Shown here: positions 1 through 8,183 of the stretch, one piece after another
Layout: every line of letters starts with the position of its first letter
Position numbering within the stretch: the first letter of the stretch is position 1
Assembly: GCA_030753015.1 (NCBI GenBank)
Contig: JASMDC010000040.1
Span: forward strand, 3,239 to 30,853
Length of the DNA stretch: 27,615 nt
Direction: 5' to 3'
DNA from: Candidatus Undinarchaeales archaeon
Lineage (GTDB): Archaea; SpSt-1190; JASMDC01
Notes under the pieces: generated by a model
What the model was told of the DNA's origin: nothing
Database searches by the model: none
What the model saw: only the letters and a program-made list of their open reading frames with translations
Translations under genes and position numbers: made by a program

Positions 1-1158
1 GATACAGCGCGGGTGCACGCAGCTCCCGCTGGTGAAGTAGCGCTTTTTAGTGTGGGGGAAGACAGGGCAGTGGGTGTGGCCCGCGATGAGGATACCGTCC
101 TTCTGCTTGTCGATCCAGTTCTCGAGCGTCTTGTCGACATCGCTCCGGATGGTGAAGTTCTTTGCCGGGCTCGTGGAGTCCCTTATACCGTAGAGCTGGA
201 GGGGCATCCAGAAGTTACGAAGGGCAAATTTGCCGAGCCAGTCAACATTGCTCGTCTCTGGATCGGCCTGATGGCCATGGACCAGGTAGACCTTCGCGTC
301 CAGCTCCTTGATGTCGAGGATGAGGCCCTCTATGGGCTTGATGTCCTTGTCGTACACGATGGTCTTGTCCTTGATACGTGCCACGCCCAGCGTCTTACGT
401 TCCCTGCCATCCTCCTTGATCGTGACCGTGTCCGGCTTGAGCTTGACGGTGACCGTGCTCTTCTTGGAAGAGATGACGAGCTTGCGGTCGCTCTTCCATT
501 CCGTGGCCGAGCTACTGTCCACCCATGTGATCCCTAGATGGTCCCGTATATAGCGCCTGAGCCGCCAGGCGTCCTCCCCGTCGACCTTGTTCCAACAGAA
601 CAGGTACCCCATGAGCGCTCTCTTGCTATCGTCGCCCTTCTTCACCTCGTCGTGGTTGCCCCAGATGACTTGGAGCCGGTCCTCTTTCAGGAACTTACGG
701 ATCAGCCAGAACACATGGCTGTGGGCCGTGTGCACCTCCTCTGGTGTGTTCTCCCAGAGCTCGTCGCCATCGCCGAGCTCGATGTAGGTGAATCCATTCT
801 TGAGGTAATCGCTCAATGCGTGGAAGAATAGGACCTGGTTGTGGGCGAAATCGTCGGCCCAGCTGTTGTCCCCTCGGTGGTGGTCGCTGAAAATGATGTA
901 CTTCGATCCCGGCTCGGCGACGACCTCCTTGACCTTGCCTTTCTTCTGAATGAGCAGCTCGTCCAAGCGTGTGCCCTCGGCCGCACCCTTCAGCCAGGAC
1001 GGCAGGATCGCGAGCACGTATAGACCCATCCAGATTAGGACATAGTCGCGTCCCATTGTTGGGCATTCCGAGCTCTCCGTGCAGAGCTGTAACAGTAGGA
1101 TCGTGCATCCAAAGGCGAAGACGATCAATAAGATAAGGTTCCTCATAAGTGTGTCCAT
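1..1158 (-). CDS. Membrane-anchored calcineurin-like metallophosphoesterase (LpxH-like), 3' end beyond the window; absent from the ORF track
   Basis: Hand translation from ATG 1158 (MDTLMRNLILLIVFAFG...) is open to position 1. It has two N-terminal hydrophobic segments and all five motifs in order: SDHH, GDGDE, GNHD, VHGH, AGHTH. GGAAGGA lies upstream. Confidence 0.85.
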   Translation of the reverse strand, partial: MDTLMRNLILLIVFAFGCTILLLQLCTESSECPTMGRDYVLIWMGLYVLAILPSWLKGAAEGTRLDELLIQKKGKVKEVVAEPGSKYIIFSDHHRGDNSWADDFAHNQVLFFHALSDYLKNGFTYIELGDGDELWENTPEEVHTAHSHVFWLIRKFLKEDRLQVIWGNHDEVKKGDDSKRALMGYLFCWNKVDGEDAWRLRRYIRDHLGITWVDSSSATEWKSDRKLVISSKKSTVTVKLKPDTVTIKEDGRERKTLGVARIKDKTIVYDKDIKPIEGLILDIKELDAKVYLVHGHQADPETSNVDWLGKFALRNFWMPLQLYGIRDSTSPAKNFTIRSDVDKTLENWIDKQKDGILIAGHTHCPVFPHTKKRYFTSGSCVHPRCI

Positions 1159-1294
1159 ACCTATCCTTCCCCATGAGTACGGTAATCCCGTGGCCAGACC
1201 CGTCCATGTAGCGGGGGCCCGGGAGACACCTACTCTGATTGCTAAGAAGGTAGTATCCTTTTTCTCTTTATGCCCGGTGGTCCGGCCACGACGC

Positions 1295-2674
1295 TCAGCT
1301 CTCGAAGTACAGCGTGTACTCAAGGGGATGGGGACGGCTCGCGACCATCACCGCCTCCTGGCGCTTGAGGGTCACCCACGAGTCGATGAGCCCCTCGTCG
1401 AACACATTGCCGCGCATCAGGAAGGCGCAGTCCTCCTCCAGGGCGTCCAGGCTCTCGTCCAGGGACAGCGGCAGGTACCTCAGTCCCCTGAGCGCCTCCC
1501 GGTCCTCGTAGAGGTTGGTATCGTGGGGCCCGAACCCGAGCTCGGACGGGTCCAGCTTGTTGACGATGCCGTCGATGCCCGCCATGAGCATGGCGGCGAG
1601 CATGATGTAGGGATTGCCCATGGCGTCGGGCGGCCGGAACTCGATACGGGTCTGCTCCGGGTCGCTCACGTAGGACGGGATGCGCACGGCCGATGACCGG
1701 TTGGCCTGGCCGAAGGCGCGCAGCACCGGCGCCTCGAAGGCGCCCAGCCGCTTGTAGGAGTTGGTGGACGCGTTGGTAAAGGCCGCCAGCGCCGCTGCAT
1801 GTTCCAGGAGCCCGCCGATGTAGTACCGTGCGGTCTGGGAGAGGTTGGCGTACCCTCCCTCCTCGTAGAACACGTTCTTCCCCTTCTTCACCAGGTACTG
1901 GTGGACGTGCCAGCCGTTGCCCGCCGCGTCGTGGAGAGGCTTGGGCATGAACGTGAGCGACAGCCCCCGTTCCTGGGCCAGGTTGAACAGCAGGTACTTG
2001 GACAGCACTGCGGAGTCGGCCGTGGCCAGCAGCGGCTGGAACAGCAGTTCGATCTCCTGCTGCCCTTTCTGCCCCACCTCGTGGTGGTGGTACTTCACGG
2101 GGATCCCCAGCTTCGCCATGATCTCGCACGCCTCGTCACGCAGGTCGTCATGGGTATCGAAGGGATTGGCCGCGTGGTAGGCGTTGTGCACCATGTCCTC
2201 GTGGGAGTGGACAGCGAAGAACGACTCGTGAGGCTGGCAGTCGAATGCCACCTCGTCGAACACGTAGAACTCGAACTCGGGTCCCCACAGTGACTTGTCA
2301 GCTATGTCCAGCTCGGCAAGTAGCCCCTCGGCACGCTGGGCAACGGCCCGTACGTCGTTGGGATAGCGCGTCCGGTCCGCGTCGGTTAGATGGATGGTCA
2401 TGAAGCACGTGAGCGTCCGTGCCTGGCGGAAGGGATCGAGCTTCACGGTCGACAGGTCGGGGCGCTGGACCATGTCCGAATCCTCCATGCGCGCGAACCC
2501 GTAGCTCGAGGCGTCGAACCCGATGCCCTCATCCATCAGCTGCGGAGTGAACCGCTCCGCTGGGATGGATACGTGGTGGAGCCTGCCGGCAAGGTCCAGT
2601 GACTTGAAGTCGATGAACCTGACCTTCTCCTTCTTGATGAGCCGCTGTACGGACGCGAACGCGCTGTCGACCAT
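1295..2674 (-). CDS. glnA: Glutamine synthetase type I
   Basis: GFDASS, GPEFEFY, HHHEV, TFMPKP..GNGWHVHQ, NSYKRL, NRSSAVRIP, RIEFRPPD..NPY. Confidence 0.95.
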   Translation of the reverse strand: MVDSAFASVQRLIKKEKVRFIDFKSLDLAGRLHHVSIPAERFTPQLMDEGIGFDASSYGFARMEDSDMVQRPDLSTVKLDPFRQARTLTCFMTIHLTDADRTRYPNDVRAVAQRAEGLLAELDIADKSLWGPEFEFYVFDEVAFDCQPHESFFAVHSHEDMVHNAYHAANPFDTHDDLRDEACEIMAKLGIPVKYHHHEVGQKGQQEIELLFQPLLATADSAVLSKYLLFNLAQERGLSLTFMPKPLHDAAGNGWHVHQYLVKKGKNVFYEEGGYANLSQTARYYIGGLLEHAAALAAFTNASTNSYKRLGAFEAPVLRAFGQANRSSAVRIPSYVSDPEQTRIEFRPPDAMGNPYIMLAAMLMAGIDGIVNKLDPSELGFGPHDTNLYEDREALRGLRYLPLSLDESLDALEEDCAFLMRGNVFDEGLIDSWVTLKRQEAVMVASRPHPLEYTLYFES

Positions 2675-2781
2675 ATGCCGTCCCTCGCTGGCGACCAGTG
2701 CGGGAGCGCTTAAGAACCTTATGCCCGGGACTGTGGGACGGTGGCACGATGGGAAAAAGGGGTGCGGGGGACGCTCGTGAA

Positions 2782-2895
2782 GGGCCGTCGGTGTACCGGG
2801 CAGGCCTTTACAAAGATGATGGCGAGGGGCCCGTAGGCCCCTCGCGTGAAGCCGAGGTGCGCGATCTCGCCCGGGGGGGTGGTCTCGACGTGCCC
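2782..2895. other. Nested inverted-repeat element (structured RNA or palindromic repeat candidate)
   Basis: 10-bp hairpin GCGAGGGGCC-CGTA-GGCCCCTCGC (2822-2845) enclosed by CCGGGC/GCCCGG (2796-2801/2869-2874) and GGGCCGTCG/CGACGTGCCC (2782-2790/2886-2895). Confidence 0.4.
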
Positions 2896-2939
2896 CTCGA
2901 CCCTATGACTCGAGCCGAGAAAGGTTGCGGGCGGGCCGC

Positions 2940-3485
2940 TCAGGTCCGCTCGAACGTTATCTCGACAGTGGTGGTCTCCTTCTCGGGGGTGGAGCCCTCG
3001 GTCCGGGTGAACTTCCGCTGGTAGGTCTCTTCGAGCGATCCGATCCGCTCCTTGGACGCAAAGTGGCCCTTGACGGACCGGATGGGATGCGTCCACTCGG
3101 CCAGGAGGTCGTTCCGCTCGGGCGTACCGTAGTCGGCGTCGGCCAGCTCCACGAGCACGAGGTCGATCTGGTCCTTGGTCCCTGACATGGAGAGGGTGTA
3201 GCCCTTCTCCTCGACGTCCATCCAGGCGGGTGCGGGCCAGGGGCCGGCGTAATGGCTCTTCTCCTGGTGTGGCGTGATCTCGTAGGAGAGGTTGCCGTCA
3301 ATGGCGTTATTGGCGAACTCGCACGCGGCCTCCATGGTCTCGGGGAAGCCCTCACCGCGCTGAGGGTAGCTCGTGAGGATCTCGTTCTCCTTTAGCCATC
3401 CGCCGGTGAAGCCGTGCTGTTCCACCCCGGTGAGGTAGGTCAGGTTGACGCTGACAAGCTCCTTATCACAGTCTATGTCGTACAT
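2940..3485 (-). CDS. Acidic hypothetical protein (181 aa)
   Basis: Host-like codon usage; upstream TTTATAA box and GGTGA; no family recognised. Confidence 0.7.
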   Translation of the reverse strand: MYDIDCDKELVSVNLTYLTGVEQHGFTGGWLKENEILTSYPQRGEGFPETMEAACEFANNAIDGNLSYEITPHQEKSHYAGPWPAPAWMDVEEKGYTLSMSGTKDQIDLVLVELADADYGTPERNDLLAEWTHPIRSVKGHFASKERIGSLEETYQRKFTRTEGSTPEKETTTVEITFERT

Positions 3486-3574
3486 GATTGGTCACCAGTT
3501 ATGGGGACGACTGCGCTGGTGACCGCGTTATAAACATTGCCCGGGGTGTGTGTCGTGGTGGCAGGGGGCGAGCT

Positions 3575-4486
3575 CTAACCCAATTCGTCCCGCACCAGCC
3601 GTGCTGCGGCCACCAGGTTCCGCAGCTTGGCGTCCGCCGTCTTCCGAGGGAGCTTCTTCAGCCCGCAGTCCGGGTCCGGTACCACCCGCTCGGGCCCCAG
3701 CAGCTCGCACGCCCTGCGGATGAGCGCGGCCACCTCGTCCACTGTCTCCACCCGGGCGTCGTCGGACCTGACGCATCCCAGCCCGATGCGTTGGACCGTC
3801 CCCGTATCGGCCACAGCGTCCAGAAGCTGCGGATCGGCAGCGAACTCGAGGTCCAGCACCGCAACGGGCATCCCGGCCAGCGCGTCGAGGACAGGGGCCA
3901 CCTTCCCGCACACATGGAGCGTCACGGGCACCTCGAGCCCCCGTACCACCTCGGCAACGAGCTCTTGTGCGTACACCGGTAGGTCCACGGAGAAGAAGGG
4001 CTCGTCCACCTGGACGACAGGAGCGCCGGCGGCCTCGAGCGCACGCACCTCGGCGTTGAGCGCCCTGGCCAGGGCGAAGGCGGCGTCCTCCTCCCGGTCG
4101 TAGTGCGCGTTCACGCACCCGCGTGCCAGGGTGTAGGGACCCGTGACGATACCCTTCACTGATGCACGCCCGGCGGCCACCTCACGGGCACGGACCAGGT
4201 CATCGGTCGTTATAGACCGTCGGAAGGACACATCATCGAAGATCACCGGCCGGCCCTTCATCCGGATGCCCCCGAGACGGGATGCGAACAGCGACACGAT
4301 ACCCGCCCGGGTCTGGCCGTCCGAGATGATGTCCAGGCCAGCTGCGAGCTGGGCCTCCACCGCCTGCTCCAGGGAGAGCAGGTACGGATCGCGTCCCGTA
4401 CGGTAGGCGGCCATGCACTCGGCGTGTGTAGGGTGGACCGGGTAGGAGCCCACAACCGTTGTGGGAAGGAGCTCGGGCACGGTCAC
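3575..4486 (-). CDS. mesA: Core (single-barrel) methionine synthase, methylcobamide:homocysteine methyltransferase, MesA type
   Basis: LPTTVVGSYP, QLAAGLDIISDGQ, KGIVTGPYTL, QVDEP, and Zn ligands LHVCG and DPDCGL. About 303 aa with no N-terminal folate barrel. Probable GTG start at 4486 overlaps the mtrH stop (GTGA); GTG 4480 is an alternative. Confidence 0.85.
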   Translation of the reverse strand: MTVPELLPTTVVGSYPVHPTHAECMAAYRTGRDPYLLSLEQAVEAQLAAGLDIISDGQTRAGIVSLFASRLGGIRMKGRPVIFDDVSFRRSITTDDLVRAREVAAGRASVKGIVTGPYTLARGCVNAHYDREEDAAFALARALNAEVRALEAAGAPVVQVDEPFFSVDLPVYAQELVAEVVRGLEVPVTLHVCGKVAPVLDALAGMPVAVLDLEFAADPQLLDAVADTGTVQRIGLGCVRSDDARVETVDEVAALIRRACELLGPERVVPDPDCGLKKLPRKTADAKLRNLVAAARLVRDELG

Positions 4487-5412
4487 GGCAGCCGCCTCGC
4501 GGGGTGGTCGTCGGGTACGGCCACACCGAAGTAGTCCTCTGCGCCCTCGGCCACCAGCCGGGCGGTGAAGGCCACTGGCGGGTACACCAGGGGCGTATTC
4601 TCGACCCTCCCGGTGAGCACCAGATCGGCCCCCCAGGACACGGGCAGTGCAGCGGCGGCCGCGTCGGCCGCGTCGAAGTCCGCCGGCCGCCCCTCGCGCC
4701 AGCCGCGCATCCATCCCCAGGCGTGGAGCGTGTTGTGGAGCGCGCACCCGACAGGGAGGCCGAACCGGCTCTTGAACACCGGGATGGCGCGCAGGCATTC
4801 GGCGGCGCCGGTTCCGAAGGGCGTTGCGCCCGTGTCGAGCAGCACCCGATCGATGCCCGCGTCCTCGGCGATGGCCAGCAGCCCCGTGTCCAGGAGCTTG
4901 GCCCCGTCCTCGAGGATGGCCAGTCGGCCGTCGGTGGAGGGATCAGCGGGATTGAAAGCGAGCACGATGGCCGCCGCTGGCGTGTTGGATGCCAGCGCCT
5001 CCCGCTCTTCCTTGGTGATGCCGATGTTCAGCGAGTTGTAGATAGTGCGGTCCAGCAGACCCGACTTCCCCAAGTGCTCGAGCACCGCCGGGCGCAGGGC
5101 AGGATCGGGGATGTCAACGGAGAAGGGTGCGTCGGGGGGCAGCACATCGCTCACCACCTCGATCCGCTCCGGTAACGTGGAAAGATCGCGCACCGCCACA
5201 TCAGGCAGGAACGGTACCCCGGTCACCTGGGCCAGCGTCAGTGCGCTCTCGAGCGCCTCGAACGCCGCGGTCCGGGCATCGTCATTCATGGTCCAATACC
5301 GTTTGCCCACGAACGCCGTGGCCACCAGGACCGGAGGCCGCTCCCCGGGCTGACCCCCGAACTCCAGGTCGCCCACGCACACACGTCGCTGCTCGGTCGT
5401 GAAGCCGATCAT
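4483..5412 (-). CDS. mtrH: Methyl-tetrahydropterin:corrinoid methyltransferase, MtrH/MtxH family
   Basis: FGGQPGERPPVL, GLLDRTIYNSLN, AAIVLAFN, LLDTGATPFG, KSRFGLPVGCALHN, GADLVLTG.VEN. ATGA overlap with the mtrA stop. Confidence 0.9.
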   Translation of the reverse strand: MIGFTTEQRRVCVGDLEFGGQPGERPPVLVATAFVGKRYWTMNDDARTAAFEALESALTLAQVTGVPFLPDVAVRDLSTLPERIEVVSDVLPPDAPFSVDIPDPALRPAVLEHLGKSGLLDRTIYNSLNIGITKEEREALASNTPAAAIVLAFNPADPSTDGRLAILEDGAKLLDTGLLAIAEDAGIDRVLLDTGATPFGTGAAECLRAIPVFKSRFGLPVGCALHNTLHAWGWMRGWREGRPADFDAADAAAAALPVSWGADLVLTGRVENTPLVYPPVAFTARLVAEGAEDYFGVAVPDDHPARRLP

Positions 5413-5993
5413 CCGTTCACCTCCGCTGGTCGCACTTCGCCGTACGGATCAACGATGACCGTCGCGTGCACGCCCACGCCTCCGGCCATCCCCGAGTGGT
5501 CGGTGGCGTGTCGCACACGCTCCACGGCGAACGGAGCGTTCATGGGACCGGGATTCCTGGCCCTGCAGTCCTCCAGCGTCCTGCGAAGGACGGCCGGACC
5601 GGTCTCGCCGAGCAGGTCGATGACCTCCACCTGCTGTCGGAACCGCTCGATTGCGTCGTCACCGATGTTCTCGACGAAGGGCACGGCCCCCGGTGCGCCG
5701 ATGATCCGCCGCCGCTCGTCAAGGCCATTGCGAACCAGCGCCAGCAGCGATGCGCCCGACAGGTGGCCGCGCACGTCGGCGCCAACGAGCACCACGAAGC
5801 GAAGCCGGGGGTTGGAGAGGACGTTGGCGATGAGCGTCTCGATACCGATGTTCTCCGTGCGCAGGGGCCCCCACACCGCCGTCAGGTCCGCGGGGACCTC
5901 CACCTGCCCGCCCATAGTGACGACGACCACAGGCGACGAGGCTTCGCCGCGCATGATATCGCCTCCCCAGGGGTACAGACCGTCATCGGCCAC
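5409..5993 (-). CDS. mtrA: Soluble corrinoid protein, MtrA/MtxA family, no C-terminal membrane anchor
   Basis: GPLRTENIGIE..IANVLSNPRLRF, GADVRGHLSG (His corrinoid ligand), RRIIGAPGAVPFVENI, AIERFRQQVEVIDL. Start placed at GTG 5993 (uncertain) rather than 6128. Confidence 0.9.
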   Translation of the reverse strand: MADDGLYPWGGDIMRGEASSPVVVVTMGGQVEVPADLTAVWGPLRTENIGIETLIANVLSNPRLRFVVLVGADVRGHLSGASLLALVRNGLDERRRIIGAPGAVPFVENIGDDAIERFRQQVEVIDLLGETGPAVLRRTLEDCRARNPGPMNAPFAVERVRHATDHSGMAGGVGVHATVIVDPYGEVRPAEVNG

Positions 5994-6100
5994 GTGCCAA
6001 TGATGGCGACACAGCTTTTTAGCTATTGCGCGGGCCGCACCGCCCGACATCCTTATAATATTGAGCGTATGTAAGAATAGAGTAGAAGGGAGAGCGTTAA

Positions 6101-6538
6101 ATGGACGTGGACGGGTACGATTATCCAATGGACCTCCACTACTCCAAGGACCATGTCTGGGTCCGGACGGAGGGAGAGTGCGTCAGGATAGAGTTCACCG
6201 ATTTCGCCCAGGATATCGCCGGCGGTCTGCACTACGTGCGGGTGTTCCCCGCGGGGAAGCGGATCGAGACGGGTCGCGCTCAGGGTACCGTCGGTACGGG
6301 CAAGTGGGTCGGCCCCGTGGTCGCTCCCGTGTCCGGAACGGTGGTCGAGCCCAACGAGCGCCTGGCCTGCGAACCCGGTCTGGTGAACAGCGATCCCTTC
6401 GGCGATGGATGGTTCGCCATCGTGGCCCCTGACAACCTCGATGACGGTCTGAGAGGGCTGGTACGGGGCGATGAGCCGTCCTTCGAAGGATGGATGAAGG
6501 AACGTATGAACGCCACCAGGGGGGAGGCACACACATGA
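6101..6538 (+). CDS. gcvH: Glycine cleavage H-like lipoyl-carrier protein
   Basis: DLHYSKDHVWVR, TDFAQ, GKWVGPVVAPVSGTVVE.NE.L...PGLVNSDPFGDGW. The lipoyl Lys is present. Confidence 0.85.
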   Translation: MDVDGYDYPMDLHYSKDHVWVRTEGECVRIEFTDFAQDIAGGLHYVRVFPAGKRIETGRAQGTVGTGKWVGPVVAPVSGTVVEPNERLACEPGLVNSDPFGDGWFAIVAPDNLDDGLRGLVRGDEPSFEGWMKERMNATRGEAHT

Positions 6539-7026
6539 AATCAGAGGAACATTTAGAGAATGCGCGCCAATGGGGAAAGGCCGCGCAATGCGCCAAGGAG
6601 CAGGGGCAGGAGCTGGTGCTCCCGCATGCCAGTTTCTACGAGGCGGCAAACTACATCGAGGCCGTGCTCGCCGAGCGTAAGATACATTCGGACGACCACC
6701 TCCAGCGAGTGCGCAACATGTACGAATCGGGCAGATTCAGCTTCGACGAGGTCCAGTTCTTCGAGAAGGTGACCCGCCAGCGTATCATCGTCGAGTTCCA
6801 GATGCCCTCTCGCCCTCTCAAGGAGGTCGAGGAGGTTGGCCGGATCTTCAGACAGCGCTGGGAGCGGGACCACCCGACGAAGCCGGAGGAACCGGCCGAG
6901 GCACCTACAGAGGAGGCTCCCGGGGGGGCTCCCGAGAAGGCAGCGGAGAAACCGGCGAAGAAGAAGACCAAGAAGGCCGCTGCGAAGAAGAAGGTGTCGA
7001 AGAAGAAGGGGTCGGAGAAGGCTTGA
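6535..7026 (+). CDS. HEPN-like helical protein with Lys/Ala-rich C-terminal tail
   Basis: ATG 6535 overlaps the gcvH stop, with GGAGG upstream. EEHLENA...FYEAANYIEAVLA...HSDDH..R resembles the HEPN pattern; tail EKPAKKKTKKAAAKKKVSKKK. Confidence 0.55.
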   Translation: MKSEEHLENARQWGKAAQCAKEQGQELVLPHASFYEAANYIEAVLAERKIHSDDHLQRVRNMYESGRFSFDEVQFFEKVTRQRIIVEFQMPSRPLKEVEEVGRIFRQRWERDHPTKPEEPAEAPTEEAPGGAPEKAAEKPAKKKTKKAAAKKKVSKKKGSEKA

Positions 7027-8183
7027 CGGGACCCGGGAGCACGCTCCTGGTCCGGTACGGCGAGCTGGCCCGACGGACCGGGCGGACCCGGCGCACGTTC
7101 GAGCGTGCCCTGCTCAAGAACATAGACGAGTCACTCCTCGACGAAGGACTTGCCTACGAGGTACGCCGGGAACCGGGACGGATTTTCGTGGTGACCAGCG
7201 AGCCCGAGGCCGCCCTCGCCCGGCTCAGGGACGTGTTCGGGATCCGGTCCTGCTCAGCGGTAATCGAAGGTCCAACCGACCTTGATGCGCTCGTCAAGGC
7301 AGGAGTACGGTACTCGATGCCCCTGCTCCCCGCCCGCACTACCTTCGCCGTCCGTGCCCGGCGCACCGACGACCATCCCTACACCAGCATGGAGCTCGCC
7401 CGCACCCTGGGCGCTGCCATCCAGAAGAAGCGGAAGACCCTGCGCGTCGACCTGGACCATCCCGCGGTCGAGCTGTTCGTGGAGGTGCGTCAGAAGCGTT
7501 CCTATATCTATCACGACCGCGGTCGGGCCGTGGGCGGGCTGCCCCTGGGCACGGAGGGCCGGAGCGTCGCCTTGCTAAACGATGGTATGGACTCGCTGGT
7601 GGCCGCCTGGCTCATGATGCGACGCGGCTGCGTCCCCCTCCTGCTCCACATCGGTCACGATCCTCACGGGGGCTGGGGGCCGGACGAGGCCTTCGACGCC
7701 TGCCGTCCGCTCAAGCGCTTTGCCACCGGACACGACATCCGGTTCCATTCGGTGCCCTTTGGCGAAGTGCTCTCCGCCATCGCCGGTACGGCCGAGAAGC
7801 GTCACCTGTGCGTGCTCTGCCGTCGGGCCGCGCTGATGGCCGCCGACCTGGTGGCCGACAGCGGGAAGGCCGACCTCGTGGTGGCCGGGGACACCCTGGG
7901 CCACAGTGGCGCACGCACCCTCCATAACCTGTCGGTGACCGGTCAGGGGTGCGGCCGGACCGTGGCACGTCCCCTCATCGGGATGGATCGCAGCGAGGTC
8001 GACCGGTGGGCCGAGCGCGCGGGCCTGACGCCTGCCCGGTCGCTCGCCGCGTGCTGCGCGCTGGACGCCAGTGGCCAGGGGAGACATGCCAAGGAGGCCG
8101 AAGTGGCCGACGAGGCGATGCTCCTGGACCTGCGGGAGCTGGTTGCGGACGCGGTGGCGCGACGGGAACGACGCGTGCTCTAG
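7023..8183 (+). CDS. thiI: ThiI-like tRNA sulfurtransferase (THUMP + PP-loop-like), divergent
   Basis: LLVRYGEL, TFAVRARR, VDLDHP, GGLPLGTEG, DSLVAAWLMMRRG, CVLCRR, RPLIGMD. TTG start overlaps the upstream stop. Confidence 0.75.
   Translation: MTGPGSTLLVRYGELARRTGRTRRTFERALLKNIDESLLDEGLAYEVRREPGRIFVVTSEPEAALARLRDVFGIRSCSAVIEGPTDLDALVKAGVRYSMPLLPARTTFAVRARRTDDHPYTSMELARTLGAAIQKKRKTLRVDLDHPAVELFVEVRQKRSYIYHDRGRAVGGLPLGTEGRSVALLNDGMDSLVAAWLMMRRGCVPLLLHIGHDPHGGWGPDEAFDACRPLKRFATGHDIRFHSVPFGEVLSAIAGTAEKRHLCVLCRRAALMAADLVADSGKADLVVAGDTLGHSGARTLHNLSVTGQGCGRTVARPLIGMDRSEVDRWAERAGLTPARSLAACCALDASGQGRHAKEAEVADEAMLLDLRELVADAVARRERRVL

Noticed and set aside
13-1207. ORF-track calls 13..537(+), 538..831(+) and 695..1207(-)
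   Set aside because: They are shadows or off-frame readings of the minus-strand phosphoesterase 1..1158.
1268-2728. TTATGCCCGG direct repeat flanking glnA (1268-1277, 2719-2728) as a target-site duplication
   Set aside because: A similar CCGGGCA sequence precedes other minus-strand promoters (e.g. near 3540), so a BRE-region motif is more likely; no mobile gene is present.
4487-4798. N-terminal extension of the 407-aa ORF
   Set aside because: It overlaps mtrH in another frame; homology begins at LPTTVVGSYP.
4483-5993. mtrA/mtrH as evidence of methanogenesis or a Na+-pumping Mtr complex
   Set aside because: No membrane subunits lie in the window, MtrA is unanchored, and the genes are coupled to a methionine synthase.
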